Below, in pieces: positions 1 through 6,653 of a stretch of DNA of 7,983 bases. The stretch comes from Halalkalibacterium halodurans. GTDB taxonomy: Bacteria; Bacillota; Bacilli; Bacillales; Bacillaceae_D. The stretch is taken from positions 1 to 7,983 of the forward strand of contig NZ_SNUY01000104.1 of assembly GCF_004376175.1 (NCBI RefSeq). Direction: 5' to 3'. Position numbers and translations under genes: made by a program. The first letter of the stretch is position 1. Each line of letters opens with the position of its first letter. A model generated the notes under the pieces. It searched no databases, was not told the DNA's origin, and worked only from the letters and a program-made list of their open reading frames with translations.

Positions 1-116
1 GTATACACTTCGCCCTTGACAGAACCTTCTGAAACTTTTTGTGTAGTCACCAAGGCTGCTTAAGGTCTAATATATTGGCAATTCCAAAGGAAACCCTGCG
101 AGCTTACACAAAATTC

Positions 117-145
117 TTGACGGTACCCGAAAAATCAGCTATATT
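117..145 (+). promoter_or_regulatory. Candidate sigma-A promoter for the lutP-lutABC operon: -35 TTGACG (117-122), 17-nt spacer, -10 TATATT (140-145)
   Basis: Read directly from the sequence. The -35 matches TTGACA at 5/6 and the -10 matches TATAAT at 5/6, with the optimal 17-nt spacing. It sits about 65 nt upstream of the permease start codon. Confidence 0.55.
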
Positions 146-158
146 TAAAACGCTTACA
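144..158 (+). promoter_or_regulatory. Candidate catabolite-responsive element (cre, CcpA/HPr-Ser-P site) overlapping the -10 box and predicted transcription start
   Basis: The sequence TTTAAAACGCTTACA fits the degenerate cre consensus WTGNAANCGNWNNCW at every specified position except position 3 (T instead of G). The central CG and the distal C-W are present. This placement would give repression. Confidence 0.4.
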
Positions 159-162
159 TTAA

Positions 163-175
163 GTCATCTGATGAC
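163..175 (+). promoter_or_regulatory. Perfect palindrome GTCATC-T-GATGAC in the lutP leader; candidate operator for the GntR/FadR-type regulator encoded at 4945-5658
   Basis: The 6-bp arms are exact reverse complements around a single central base. FadR-subfamily operators are short palindromes built on a GT-Nx-AC core. The site lies about +11 to +23 relative to the predicted start, a roadblock position. Assigning it to this particular regulator is inference. Confidence 0.4.
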
Positions 176-210
176 CTAATGATCTAATGATGTTATAATA
201 TGGGGGGAAA

Positions 211-1998
211 ATGATGAATTTAGGATGGTTGTCATTGCTTGCACTCATCCCGATATTGACGGTGTTTTTACTGTTAGTTGTTTTACGTTGGCCAGCGAAA
301 AGAGCGATGCCAATCGCGTTTTTCGTTACGGCATTAGCTGCATACTTTTTGTGGGAAGTGCCAGGCCATCAAATAGGGGCTGCAAGTGTGAAGGGGGTCG
401 TTACAGCCCTAGAAGTTCTGTTTATCGTGTTTGGTGCGGTCCTGCTTTTAAATACTCTTAAAGAAAGCGGGGCCATTCATACGATTCGACAAGGATTTAT
501 TGAAATTTCACCAGACAGGCGCGTCCAAGCCATTATTATCTGTTGGTTGTTTGGCTCATTTATTGAAGGAGCATCTGGTTGGGGGACACCTGCAGCAATC
601 CTTGCCCCGCTCCTCGTGGCGATCGGCTTTCCAGCAATGGCAAGCGTTATGGTTGCCTTAATTATTCAATCGACTCCTGTTTCATACGGAGCTATAGGTA
701 CACCTATCTTAGTCGGTGTCTCCTCTGGTCTTGCAGGGGCAGACAATGTAGCAGTCGAGGCGAGTGGACTAGGATTGACAGTCGACGAATATGTGCGAAT
801 GATTGGTGGACAAGTGTCCATCATTCACGGGATCGTCGGATTATTTATTCCGCTCATTATGGTGACCATGCTTACGTTCTTTTTCGGGAAAAATCGATCT
901 ATAAAAGAGGGGTGTGAAGTATGGCCCTTTGCTATTTTTGCTGGATTGGCGTTCACGATTCCTTATATGATCGTTGCCAACGTACTAGGGCCTGAATTTC
1001 CGTCGTTATTCGGAGGGTTGATCGGCCTTGCGATTGTCGTCCCTGCTGCGAAAAAAGGGTGGCTGCTGCCGAAACGTTCATGGAGTTTTGCTCATGAATC
1101 GATGTGGGACCCTGAATGGACAGGGACGTTAAAAGCGGATTCTTTAGCTGAGCCGACGATTCGTCCATGGGTTGCTTGGCTGCCTTACGTGTTAATCGGT
1201 CTGTTGCTTGTCCTTACTCGATTGAATGGACTACCGTTTGGCAATTGGTTAAAACGGCTAGAGTTTTCTGTGGAAGGGTTGTTCGGGACAGCCATTTCGA
1301 TTACGAGTACGCCTTTGTTTTTACCAGGATTTATTATGGTCATTGCTTCACTTGTTGGTTATGTTATCTATCGAATGAAAGTAGATTCTTATATGCATGC
1401 TGTAAAACAATCGAGCGCGATGATTGTTCGGGCAGCACCTGCATTATTATTTGCGGTTCCTATGGTTCAGGTGTTTATTAACTCTGGCGACAATGCCTCA
1501 GGATTTGTCAGTATGCCACTCGTGCTAGCCGAAGGAGTTTCTCAGTTGGTTGGTGAAAGCTGGCCGCTTGTTGCACCAGTTATTGGTGCATTAGGAGCAT
1601 TCGTTGCTGGCAGTAACACGATCAGCAATATGATGTTTTCCTTATTCCAATTTGGAACCGCTGAAAATGTAGGCTTGAATCCTGCGACGATTGTGGCGTT
1701 ACAAGCAGTTGGTGGTGCCGCAGGAAACATGATTTGTGTTCATAATGTGGTTGCAGCTTCTGCTACAGCTGGGTTGACCGGAAAAGAGGGAGCCCTTATT
1801 CGTAAGCTTCTCATTCCAACAGGGTATTACTTGTTTTTCGCAGGAGCGATCGGCTATGTGGCGTTTTTCGGTATCGGCTTTAATATTGGAACGATAATGG
1901 CTATTCTCGTCATCATCGGTATCGTTTGGATGATTGTCAAAGGGAATCAACAGAAGAAGGAGAAATTAAACAACATCGAAGAAAAGTTCGGAGGGTGA
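211..1998 (+). CDS. lutP: L-lactate permease (LctP family, TC 2.A.14), 595 aa
   Basis: This is a long, highly hydrophobic multi-TM ORF. It contains the LctP-family signature region [25 protein letters not shown]. It lies directly upstream of lutABC with a 4-nt gap. A G-rich SD (GGGGGG, 202-207) is only 3 nt from ATG 211, so the adjacent ATG at 214 is an equally plausible start. Confidence 0.9.
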   Translation: MMNLGWLSLLALIPILTVFLLLVVLRWPAKRAMPIAFFVTALAAYFLWEVPGHQIGAASVKGVVTALEVLFIVFGAVLLLNTLKESGAIHTIRQGFIEISPDRRVQAIIICWLFGSFIEGASGWGTPAAILAPLLVAIGFPAMASVMVALIIQSTPVSYGAIGTPILVGVSSGLAGADNVAVEASGLGLTVDEYVRMIGGQVSIIHGIVGLFIPLIMVTMLTFFFGKNRSIKEGCEVWPFAIFAGLAFTIPYMIVANVLGPEFPSLFGGLIGLAIVVPAAKKGWLLPKRSWSFAHESMWDPEWTGTLKADSLAEPTIRPWVAWLPYVLIGLLLVLTRLNGLPFGNWLKRLEFSVEGLFGTAISITSTPLFLPGFIMVIASLVGYVIYRMKVDSYMHAVKQSSAMIVRAAPALLFAVPMVQVFINSGDNASGFVSMPLVLAEGVSQLVGESWPLVAPVIGALGAFVAGSNTISNMMFSLFQFGTAENVGLNPATIVALQAVGGAAGNMICVHNVVAASATAGLTGKEGALIRKLLIPTGYYLFFAGAIGYVAFFGIGFNIGTIMAILVIIGIVWMIVKGNQQKKEKLNNIEEKFGG

Positions 1999-2002
1999 TC
2001 AT

Positions 2003-2737
2003 ATGAAAGTTTCGTTGTTTATTACCTGTCTTGCTGACGTCTTTTATCCTGACGTCGGCAGACACACGGTTGAATTGTTAGAGCGATATGGCTGTGAAGT
2101 GGAGTTTCCGGAACAGCAAACGTGTTGTGGTCAGCCTGCCTACAATAGCGGTTATCATCGGGACACGAAAAAAGTCGCCAAACACATGATTGAGACGTTT
2201 GCAAGGGCAGAGTATGTCGTTTCACCATCAGGATCATGTGTTGCCATGTTCCATGAATATGAGGAATTATTGAAGGATGAGCTGGTTTGGCAAGAACGGG
2301 CAAAAAAACTTGTAGCTAAAACATATGAGCTTTCTCAATTTCTCGTAAATGTATTAAAAGTAAAAGAGGTTCATAGTAGTTTGCAAGCGAAGGCTACGTA
2401 CCATACGTCTTGTCATATGACACGTTTGCTCGGCGAAACGCAAAGTCCATTTGATTTGCTAGAGAAAGTCGAGGGGTTACAGTTGGAAGAGCTACCGAAT
2501 CGGGAGACGTGCTGCGGATTTGGTGGGACGTTTTCCGTAAAAATGACGCCGATTTCCGAGCAGATGGTAGATGAAAAGGTGCGCCATATTGAGGAGACAG
2601 GAGCGGACGTGTTAATCGGTGCTGACTGTGGTTGTTTGATGAACATTGGTGGGCGTATTCAGCGAAAGGGCAAGCCGATTAAAATGATGCACCTTGCCGA
2701 AGTGTTGAATCATCAAGAGCGGACAAGGGAGGAATGA
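2003..2737 (+). CDS. lutA: Lactate utilization protein A (LutA/LldE; Fe-S oxidoreductase with two cysteine-rich CCG domains), 244 aa
   Basis: Two CCG-domain motifs are present ([13 protein letters not shown] and [13 protein letters not shown]), and the size matches B. subtilis LutA (YvfV). An SD (GGAGGG, 1990-1995) lies 7 nt upstream of the ATG. The gene sits between the permease and lutB. Confidence 0.9.
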
Positions 2738-2741
2738 TTTT

Positions 2742-4199
2742 ATGGGCATTAAAATTGGCCATGCGTCATTTGACGAGCGAGTGGAAAAAGGAATAGACAA
2801 CCTTTTTATGCGACAAGCGGTGAGCTCAGCGCAAGAGCGATTAAAGCTGGCAAAAGCAAAGGCGGAAGAAGAGCTAGGGGACTGGCAGGAATGGCGGACG
2901 CTCGCCGAAGAGATCCGATCGCACACTTTAGACAATCTTGATTACTACTTGGAGCAATTGAGCGATAATGTCAGCAAAAACGGCGGTTATGTTTATTTTG
3001 CGCAAACAGCTGAGGAAGCCAATGTATACATCAAAGAAATCGCAATGAAACAGCAGGCGAAAAAAATCATTAAATCAAAGTCCATGGTCACAGAAGAAAT
3101 TGGCATGAACCAAGCCCTCGAAAGCATCGGCTGTGAGGTCATCGAGTCCGATCTTGGTGAATACATTTTGCAAATTGATGACCATGATCCACCGTCCCAT
3201 ATCGTGGCACCTGCTCTCCATAAAAACAAGGAGCAAATTCGAGAGACGTTCAAGGAGAAAAAAGGCTATTCCAAGTCTGCCAATCCGCAAGAGCTGACGC
3301 TTTTTGCTCGTGAACAGTTACGGAAAGAATTTTTACAAGCCGATATTGGCATTACCGGCTGTAACTTTGCCGTCGCTGAATCCGGCAGCATCACCCTTGT
3401 AACGAATGAGGGGAACGCCCGCCTTGCTACGACGATACCGAAGACGCAAATTACGGTGATGGGCATGGAGCGCATTGTCCCGACATGGGAAGAGCTTGAT
3501 ATCTTGGTGAGCATGCTTTGCCGTAGTGCGGTCGGGCAAAAGCTCACGAGCTATGTGACAGGACTTACCTCGACAAAAGAAGCAGGAGACGTGGATGGCC
3601 CAGAGGAATTCCACCTCGTCATCGTCGACAATGGTCGATCAAATATTTTAGGAACGGAATTTCAAGCGGCCCTCCATTGCATTCGCTGTGCAGCCTGTAT
3701 TAATGTTTGCCCGATTTATCGCCATGTAGGCGGTCACTCCTACGGCTCGATCTACCCGGGACCAATTGGTGCTGTATTGACCCCGCTTTTAGAAGGCTAT
3801 GACGATCATGAAGAGCTCCCATACGCCTCTAGTTTATGCGCTGCCTGCACCGATGCTTGTCCGGTGAAAATCCCGCTCCATGAGCTGCTAATTAAGCATC
3901 GCCGGGTCATCGCCGAACAGGAGAAACGGACTCCGCTCTCTGAATCCTTGGCAATGAAAGGCTTCGGTCTTGTGGCAAGTCAGCCGAATTTATTTAAAAT
4001 GGGGACGAAGGGTGCACCTTATGTTCTCTCGCCGCTAACAAAGGACGGTTCGATTAAAAAGGGACCAGGTCCGCTAAAGGGATGGACGGACATTCGTGAT
4101 TTACCAGCTGCAAAGAAAGAACGGTTCCGCGACTGGTTTAAAACTCGAGGAAAGGGGAACATCCATCATGATTCAACGACGAGAGACCTTTCTCAATAA
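2742..4199 (+). CDS. lutB: Lactate utilization protein B (LutB/LldF; LUD domain plus 4Fe-4S ferredoxin-type cluster binding), 485 aa
   Basis: It carries a CxxCxxCxxxCP motif ([12 protein letters not shown], nt 3678-3713) and a CxxCxxxCP motif (CAACTDACP, nt 3837-3863). The LUD-domain motif [22 protein letters not shown] is also present. An SD (GGGAGG, 2727-2732) precedes it. The size matches B. subtilis LutB (YvfW). Confidence 0.9.
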
Positions 4200-4860
4200 T
4201 GTTGCAGAAAAGCTCGGTAGAGGGCGGCGTACGGCCGGGGTCAAGCGTCCGGACTACACCGTTAAGCCACAGTTTGAAGTGATGAAAGAGTACTCTTCAG
4301 ATCAACTGGTGAATGTATTGTCAGAGCAGTGTACGAAAATCCATACGGACGTGAAGCAAACGAAAGTAGATCGATTAGAGCTAGCCATTGATAACGTGCT
4401 AGAAGAATATAGTGCGAGAAACGTGATTACATGGAACGACCCTCGCTTTGATCAGTTTGGGTTAACGTCATTTTTGCAGCGAGAGCAAGTGGAAGTGTGG
4501 GATCACACCGAGGGTGAACGCTTAGTCGAAAAAGCAGAGCAAGCCGACATTGGCATCACATTCGCTGACTACACACTGGCCGAGTCAGGAACCGTCGTCT
4601 TGTTAAGTGGGAATGGCAAAGGGCGTTCAGTCAGCTTATTACCGACATATTACATTGCAATTATTCCGAAGAGCACGCTAGTCCCGAGAATGAGCCAAGT
4701 GACGAGAGAGCTCCACCTTAAGGCAGCCAGTGGAGAGCGCCTCCCTTCCTGCATTAATTTTATCTCTGGACCAAGCAATAGTGCTGACATTGAAATGAAC
4801 TTAGTCGTTGGTGTTCATGGGCCGATCCGCGCCTGCTATATTGTCGTAGAAGATCGTTAA
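4168..4860 (+). CDS. lutC: Lactate utilization protein C (LutC/LldG; LUD/DUF162 domain), about 230 aa
   Basis: The LUD motif [22 protein letters not shown] is paralogous to the one in LutB. I place the start at ATG 4168, preceded by GAGGAAAGGGG (4147-4157), giving the N-terminus [18 protein letters not shown]. The ORF-track start at 4096 would add 24 residues deep inside lutB with no SD. Confidence 0.85.
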
Positions 4861-4904
4861 GGCTCGTATGGCCCCCCGATAAATTCGGAGCACCTAGACT
4901 TCTA

Positions 4905-4913
4905 TGGTATAAT
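4905..4913 (+). promoter_or_regulatory. Candidate extended -10 promoter element TGgTATAAT for the regulator gene
   Basis: TG is at 4905-4906 and a perfect TATAAT at 4908-4913. No good -35 is present (TCGGAG at 4885-4890). The element overlaps the ORF-track ATG at 4912, which argues against that ATG being the real start codon. Confidence 0.4.
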
Positions 4914-4944
4914 GGTAGCGATTGATCTAAACGGGGTGCAAGCG

Positions 4945-5658
4945 ATGGTAATTAAACGGGTAGAAACGAAAAAAATTTCAGAGGTCATTCGTGATGAGTT
5001 AGAAATGATGATTCGTAACGGTGAGCTACAGCCAGGAGAAAAACTTCAATCTGTGGAGAAGCTAGCGAAGGAGTATAATGTGAGCCGTTCGGCTGTGCGG
5101 GAGGCGCTCAGTGCCTTGCGAGCCATTGGGTATATTACGATCAAGCAAGGAGAGGGCACATATGTGAACAAATTTGACGTGTCACAGATGATGGCCCCCG
5201 TTTCCCCTGAACGAATCATGAGTAAAAAAGAAATCGAAGAACTGCTCCAAATTCGGAAAATCATGGAGGTCGGTGCGGCCAGTTTAGCTGCTACGCATCG
5301 TACCGATGAAGATCTAGCTGAAATGCGAGCGGCTTTAACGGATATGGCGCAAAGCGAAGGGGATCTCGGAGAAAAGGCCGATGTTCGTTTCCATCTAGCG
5401 TTGGCGAAAGCAACGAACAATGGCATGCTTCATGATATGATGCAGCAACTATCCGATACTCTTGGAAAAACAATGTATGAGACGCGGCGAATTGCCTTAT
5501 TCTCAACAAAACAAACATTAGAACGGCTACAAGATGAGCATGAACGTATTTATGAGGCCATTGAAGCAAGAGATGCCGAAGGAGCAAACGATGCGATGCT
5601 CCAACATTTAATGAATGTGGAGCAGACTTTAATGGAGGCATATGAAAAGCAGTTATAG
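4945..5658 (+). CDS. lutR: GntR-family transcriptional regulator, FadR subfamily (N-terminal wHTH plus C-terminal FCD domain); LutR-like by context, 237 aa
   Basis: The GntR wHTH signature is present (LQSVEKLAKEYNVSRSAVREALSALRAIGYITIKQGEGTYV). The helical C-terminal domain has FCD-type features (ADVRFHLALAKATNN ... EHERIYEAIEARDAEGANDAMLQHL). I chose the start at ATG 4945, with GGGGTG 6 nt upstream. The gene symbol rests on adjacency to lutABC and resemblance to B. subtilis LutR (YvfI), not on an alignment. Confidence 0.7.
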   Translation: MVIKRVETKKISEVIRDELEMMIRNGELQPGEKLQSVEKLAKEYNVSRSAVREALSALRAIGYITIKQGEGTYVNKFDVSQMMAPVSPERIMSKKEIEELLQIRKIMEVGAASLAATHRTDEDLAEMRAALTDMAQSEGDLGEKADVRFHLALAKATNNGMLHDMMQQLSDTLGKTMYETRRIALFSTKQTLERLQDEHERIYEAIEARDAEGANDAMLQHLMNVEQTLMEAYEKQL

Positions 5659-5667
5659 TATGAAGGG

Positions 5668-5702
5668 AGCTTTGATCACACCGGAGTGGTCAAGGCTTTT
5701 TT
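5668..5702 (+). terminator. Rho-independent terminator closing the lut locus
   Basis: A 12-bp stem pairs AGCUUUGAUCAC (5668-5679) with GUGGUCAAGGCU (5686-5697), with 10 Watson-Crick pairs and 2 G-U pairs. The loop is 6 nt (ACCGGA). A T-run follows at 5698-5702. The structure begins 10 nt after the lutR stop codon. Confidence 0.75.
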
Positions 5703-5854
5703 CACTTCTATGAAAGGTTGCCGAATGTAACTGATGAAAGTACAAGAAAAATAACGGTTTTTTTAATTGTGATGATGGTAGGATGTGTGAGAGTCACAGA
5801 TGTAAAAAAGTTTAAAGTTTTTATTAAAAATGGGAAATAGGCTAAAAGCGATAT

Positions 5855-5882
5855 TTTACAAAAAGAAAAAACATGATACAAT
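5855..5882 (+). promoter_or_regulatory. Candidate sigma-A promoter of the TetR-family gene: -35 TTTACA (5855-5860), 16-nt spacer, extended -10 TGaTACAAT (5874-5882)
   Basis: Read directly from the sequence. The -35 matches at 5/6 and the -10 at 5/6, and a TG extension is present. It lies about 55 nt upstream of ATG 5937. Confidence 0.5.
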
Positions 5883-5883
5883 A

Positions 5884-5910
5884 TAACCGTTGGTTAGTAA
5901 CCGACGGTTA
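5884..5910 (+). promoter_or_regulatory. Two adjacent 13-bp palindromes, TAACCgttGGTTA (5884-5896) and TAACCgacGGTTA (5898-5910); candidate tandem TetR operators
   Basis: Each unit is an exact 5-3-5 palindrome. Together with their flanks they form a 33-bp hyphenated palindrome (5881-5913) with 16-bp arms and 1 mismatch. The pair starts right after the -10 box and covers the predicted transcription start, as expected for an autoregulated TetR gene. Confidence 0.55.
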
Positions 5911-5936
5911 TATTGATTGAAGGAAAGGAGAGGACA

Positions 5937-6529
5937 ATGCCTCACGATATTCAAGCTAGGGAAAGAATTTTAGTTGCTGCCAATAAACTTTTTTTAAAAA
6001 AGGGCTATGAACAAGTGACGGTTCGAGAAATTGCCAAAGAGGCAAACTGTTCACATACGAGTATCTATGTGTATTTTGAAGACAAACGAAAGTTGCTAGA
6101 AGCGCTTGCGAAAGAACCTCTTGTCAGTCTTCAAGAAAGTATGGCTGGAGCGCTCGCCTCAACCAAGTACGGGGCCAAGGAAAAGTTAATTCGTGTTTCA
6201 AAATGTTTTTCTATTTCGGATTAAGTTATCGGAATCTATATCAAGCATTCCTGACCTATGAAGCCGATCGTGTGGATACCCAAGAGACGAAATGGGAGCT
6301 GAATGAACAGCGCTTGACCCTTTTTAATTTCTTAACAAAAGCAGTATGTGGTGTTTTTCCAACAGCAGGGCATCGCAAGGTTGTAGATTTCAGTCGAATG
6401 ATTTACTTTCTGCTTCATGGCATGATAATGACCTACAAAGATCTAGAAGAGCGGGTTCTTTCAATTGCTAAAAGGGTCTTTCCAATTGTTACAGAGGCCG
6501 TTTTATATTTGAGCATTTTGCAAAATTAG
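5937..6529 (+). pseudogene. TetR/AcrR-family transcriptional regulator, disrupted by a -1 frameshift near 6200-6206; 3' end overlaps the IS terminal repeat
   Basis: The N-terminal TetR HTH is present (ILVAANKLFLKKGYEQVTVREIAKEANCSHTSIYVYFEDKRKLLEAL). That reading frame stops at 6224. The remainder (MFFYFGLSYRNLYQAFL ... 108 aa) continues in another frame that is open from 6080. The two pieces together total about 197 aa, a normal TetR length. The likely start is ATG 5937, with AAGGAG (5925-5930) 6 nt upstream, rather than the ORF-track TTG at 5913. Confidence 0.75.
6511..6527. repeat. Left terminal inverted repeat of the IS (IRL), lying inside the last codons of the TetR ORF
   Basis: See the mobile-element entry. 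A 12-bp exact match, extended to 15/17, with the reverse complement of the window's last 17 bases. Confidence 0.6.
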
Positions 6530-6653
6530 ATTTTTGGGATAAAAGTATAAAAAATAAAGCACTCGACAAATAGCTACCAGCATGTTATTTTACAAAATAT
6601 TACAATAATCTTGTTTTCGGGCATACCTACAGAATTTTTCACATTGAATTTTT

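Noticed and set aside
48-70. A possible hairpin (CCAAG...CTTAAGG) that could terminate an upstream gene.
   Set aside because: It forms only 5 bp with a 2-nt bulge and has no following T-run, so it is not a credible intrinsic terminator.
171-199. A second possible promoter: ATGACC (171-176), 17-nt spacer, extended -10 TGtTATAAT (191-199).
   Set aside because: Its transcription start would fall at about 205-207. That is inside or after the only SD (202-207) and 4-6 nt before the ATG, leaving lutP without a ribosome-binding site. The upstream promoter at 117-145 gives a normal leader. I kept this one only as an alternative to be settled by 5'-end mapping.
225-1950. Alternative-frame and antisense ORFs inside lutP (225-461 +, 579-917 +, 1167-1481 +, 953-1168 -, 1542-1730 -, 1699-1950 -).
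   Set aside because: All are fully embedded in a long ORF with a clear LctP-family signature. Their translations are low-complexity or Cys/Arg/Ser-rich with no recognisable motifs, and none has an SD. They are typical shadow ORFs.
1880-1998. An apparent C-terminal extension of the permease (595 aa, ending in a Lys/Glu-rich tail [19 protein letters not shown]).
   Set aside because: I cannot judge without an alignment whether this lies outside the normal LctP-family length range. The tail also carries the lutA SD, so its sequence is partly constrained by that. I did not report it as a finding.
2022-3614. Antisense ORFs across lutA and lutB (2022-2303, 2413-2646, 2612-2935, 2993-3253, 3075-3290, 3266-3547, 3333-3614, all minus strand).
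   Set aside because: They are embedded opposite well-supported CDSs and have no motifs or start-site signals. The ORF at 2612-2935 spans the lutA/lutB junction but has no SD or promoter.
4096-4167. The ORF-track start of lutC at 4096.
   Set aside because: There is no SD, and it would overlap lutB by 104 nt. ATG 4168 has a strong SD and gives an N-terminus resembling known LutC proteins.
4861-4904. A possible terminator between lutC and the regulator (CCGA-taaat-TCGG).
   Set aside because: It has a 4-bp stem and no T-run, so read-through from lutC into the regulator gene is more likely.
4912-4944. The ORF-track start of the GntR regulator at 4912.
   Set aside because: This ATG sits inside a perfect TATAAT box with no SD upstream. 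ATG 4945 has GGGGTG 6 nt upstream and yields a typical GntR N-terminus.
5046-5641. Two fairly long antisense ORFs opposite the GntR gene (5046-5426, 126 aa; 5291-5641, 116 aa).
   Set aside because: Their translations are Ser/Ala/Arg/Leu-rich with no recognisable domain. This is the kind of stop-free complement frame often seen opposite a real gene. No SD or promoter is visible for either, and the plus-strand GntR assignment is strong.
5752-5759. TAACGGTT, resembling a collapsed half of the TetR operator unit, about 130 nt upstream of the main operator.
   Set aside because: It is too short and imperfect, lacking the N3 spacer and full arms, to distinguish from chance.
5784-5796. The palindrome TGTGA-gag-TCACA, reminiscent of CRP/FNR-type half-sites.
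   Set aside because: The spacer is 3 nt rather than the 4-6 nt used by CRP/FNR/Rex-type sites. It is only a 5-bp arm palindrome, expected by chance, and is not positioned relative to any promoter.
5772-5840. A small ORF, MMVGCVRVTDVKKFKVFIKNGK (22 codons plus stop), in the AT-rich spacer.
   Set aside because: It has no SD or promoter, and its composition is consistent with chance in AT-rich DNA. It has no recognisable peptide class such as a leader peptide, toxin or bacteriocin.
5913-5936. The ORF-track TTG start of the TetR gene at 5913.
   Set aside because: It lies inside the operator palindrome with no SD. AAGGAG at 5925-5930 is perfectly placed for ATG 5937.
6586-6606. A 12-nt direct repeat TATTTTACAAAA, shared between the TetR promoter (5852-5863) and the IS left end (6586-6597). 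It is followed in both places by TACAAT, which suggests a promoter inside the IS.
   Set aside because: In the IS copy the TTTACA and TACAAT hexamers are only 6 nt apart, so it cannot act as a sigma-A promoter. The shared word is AT-rich and probably coincidental. It points inward, antisense to the transposase 3' end.
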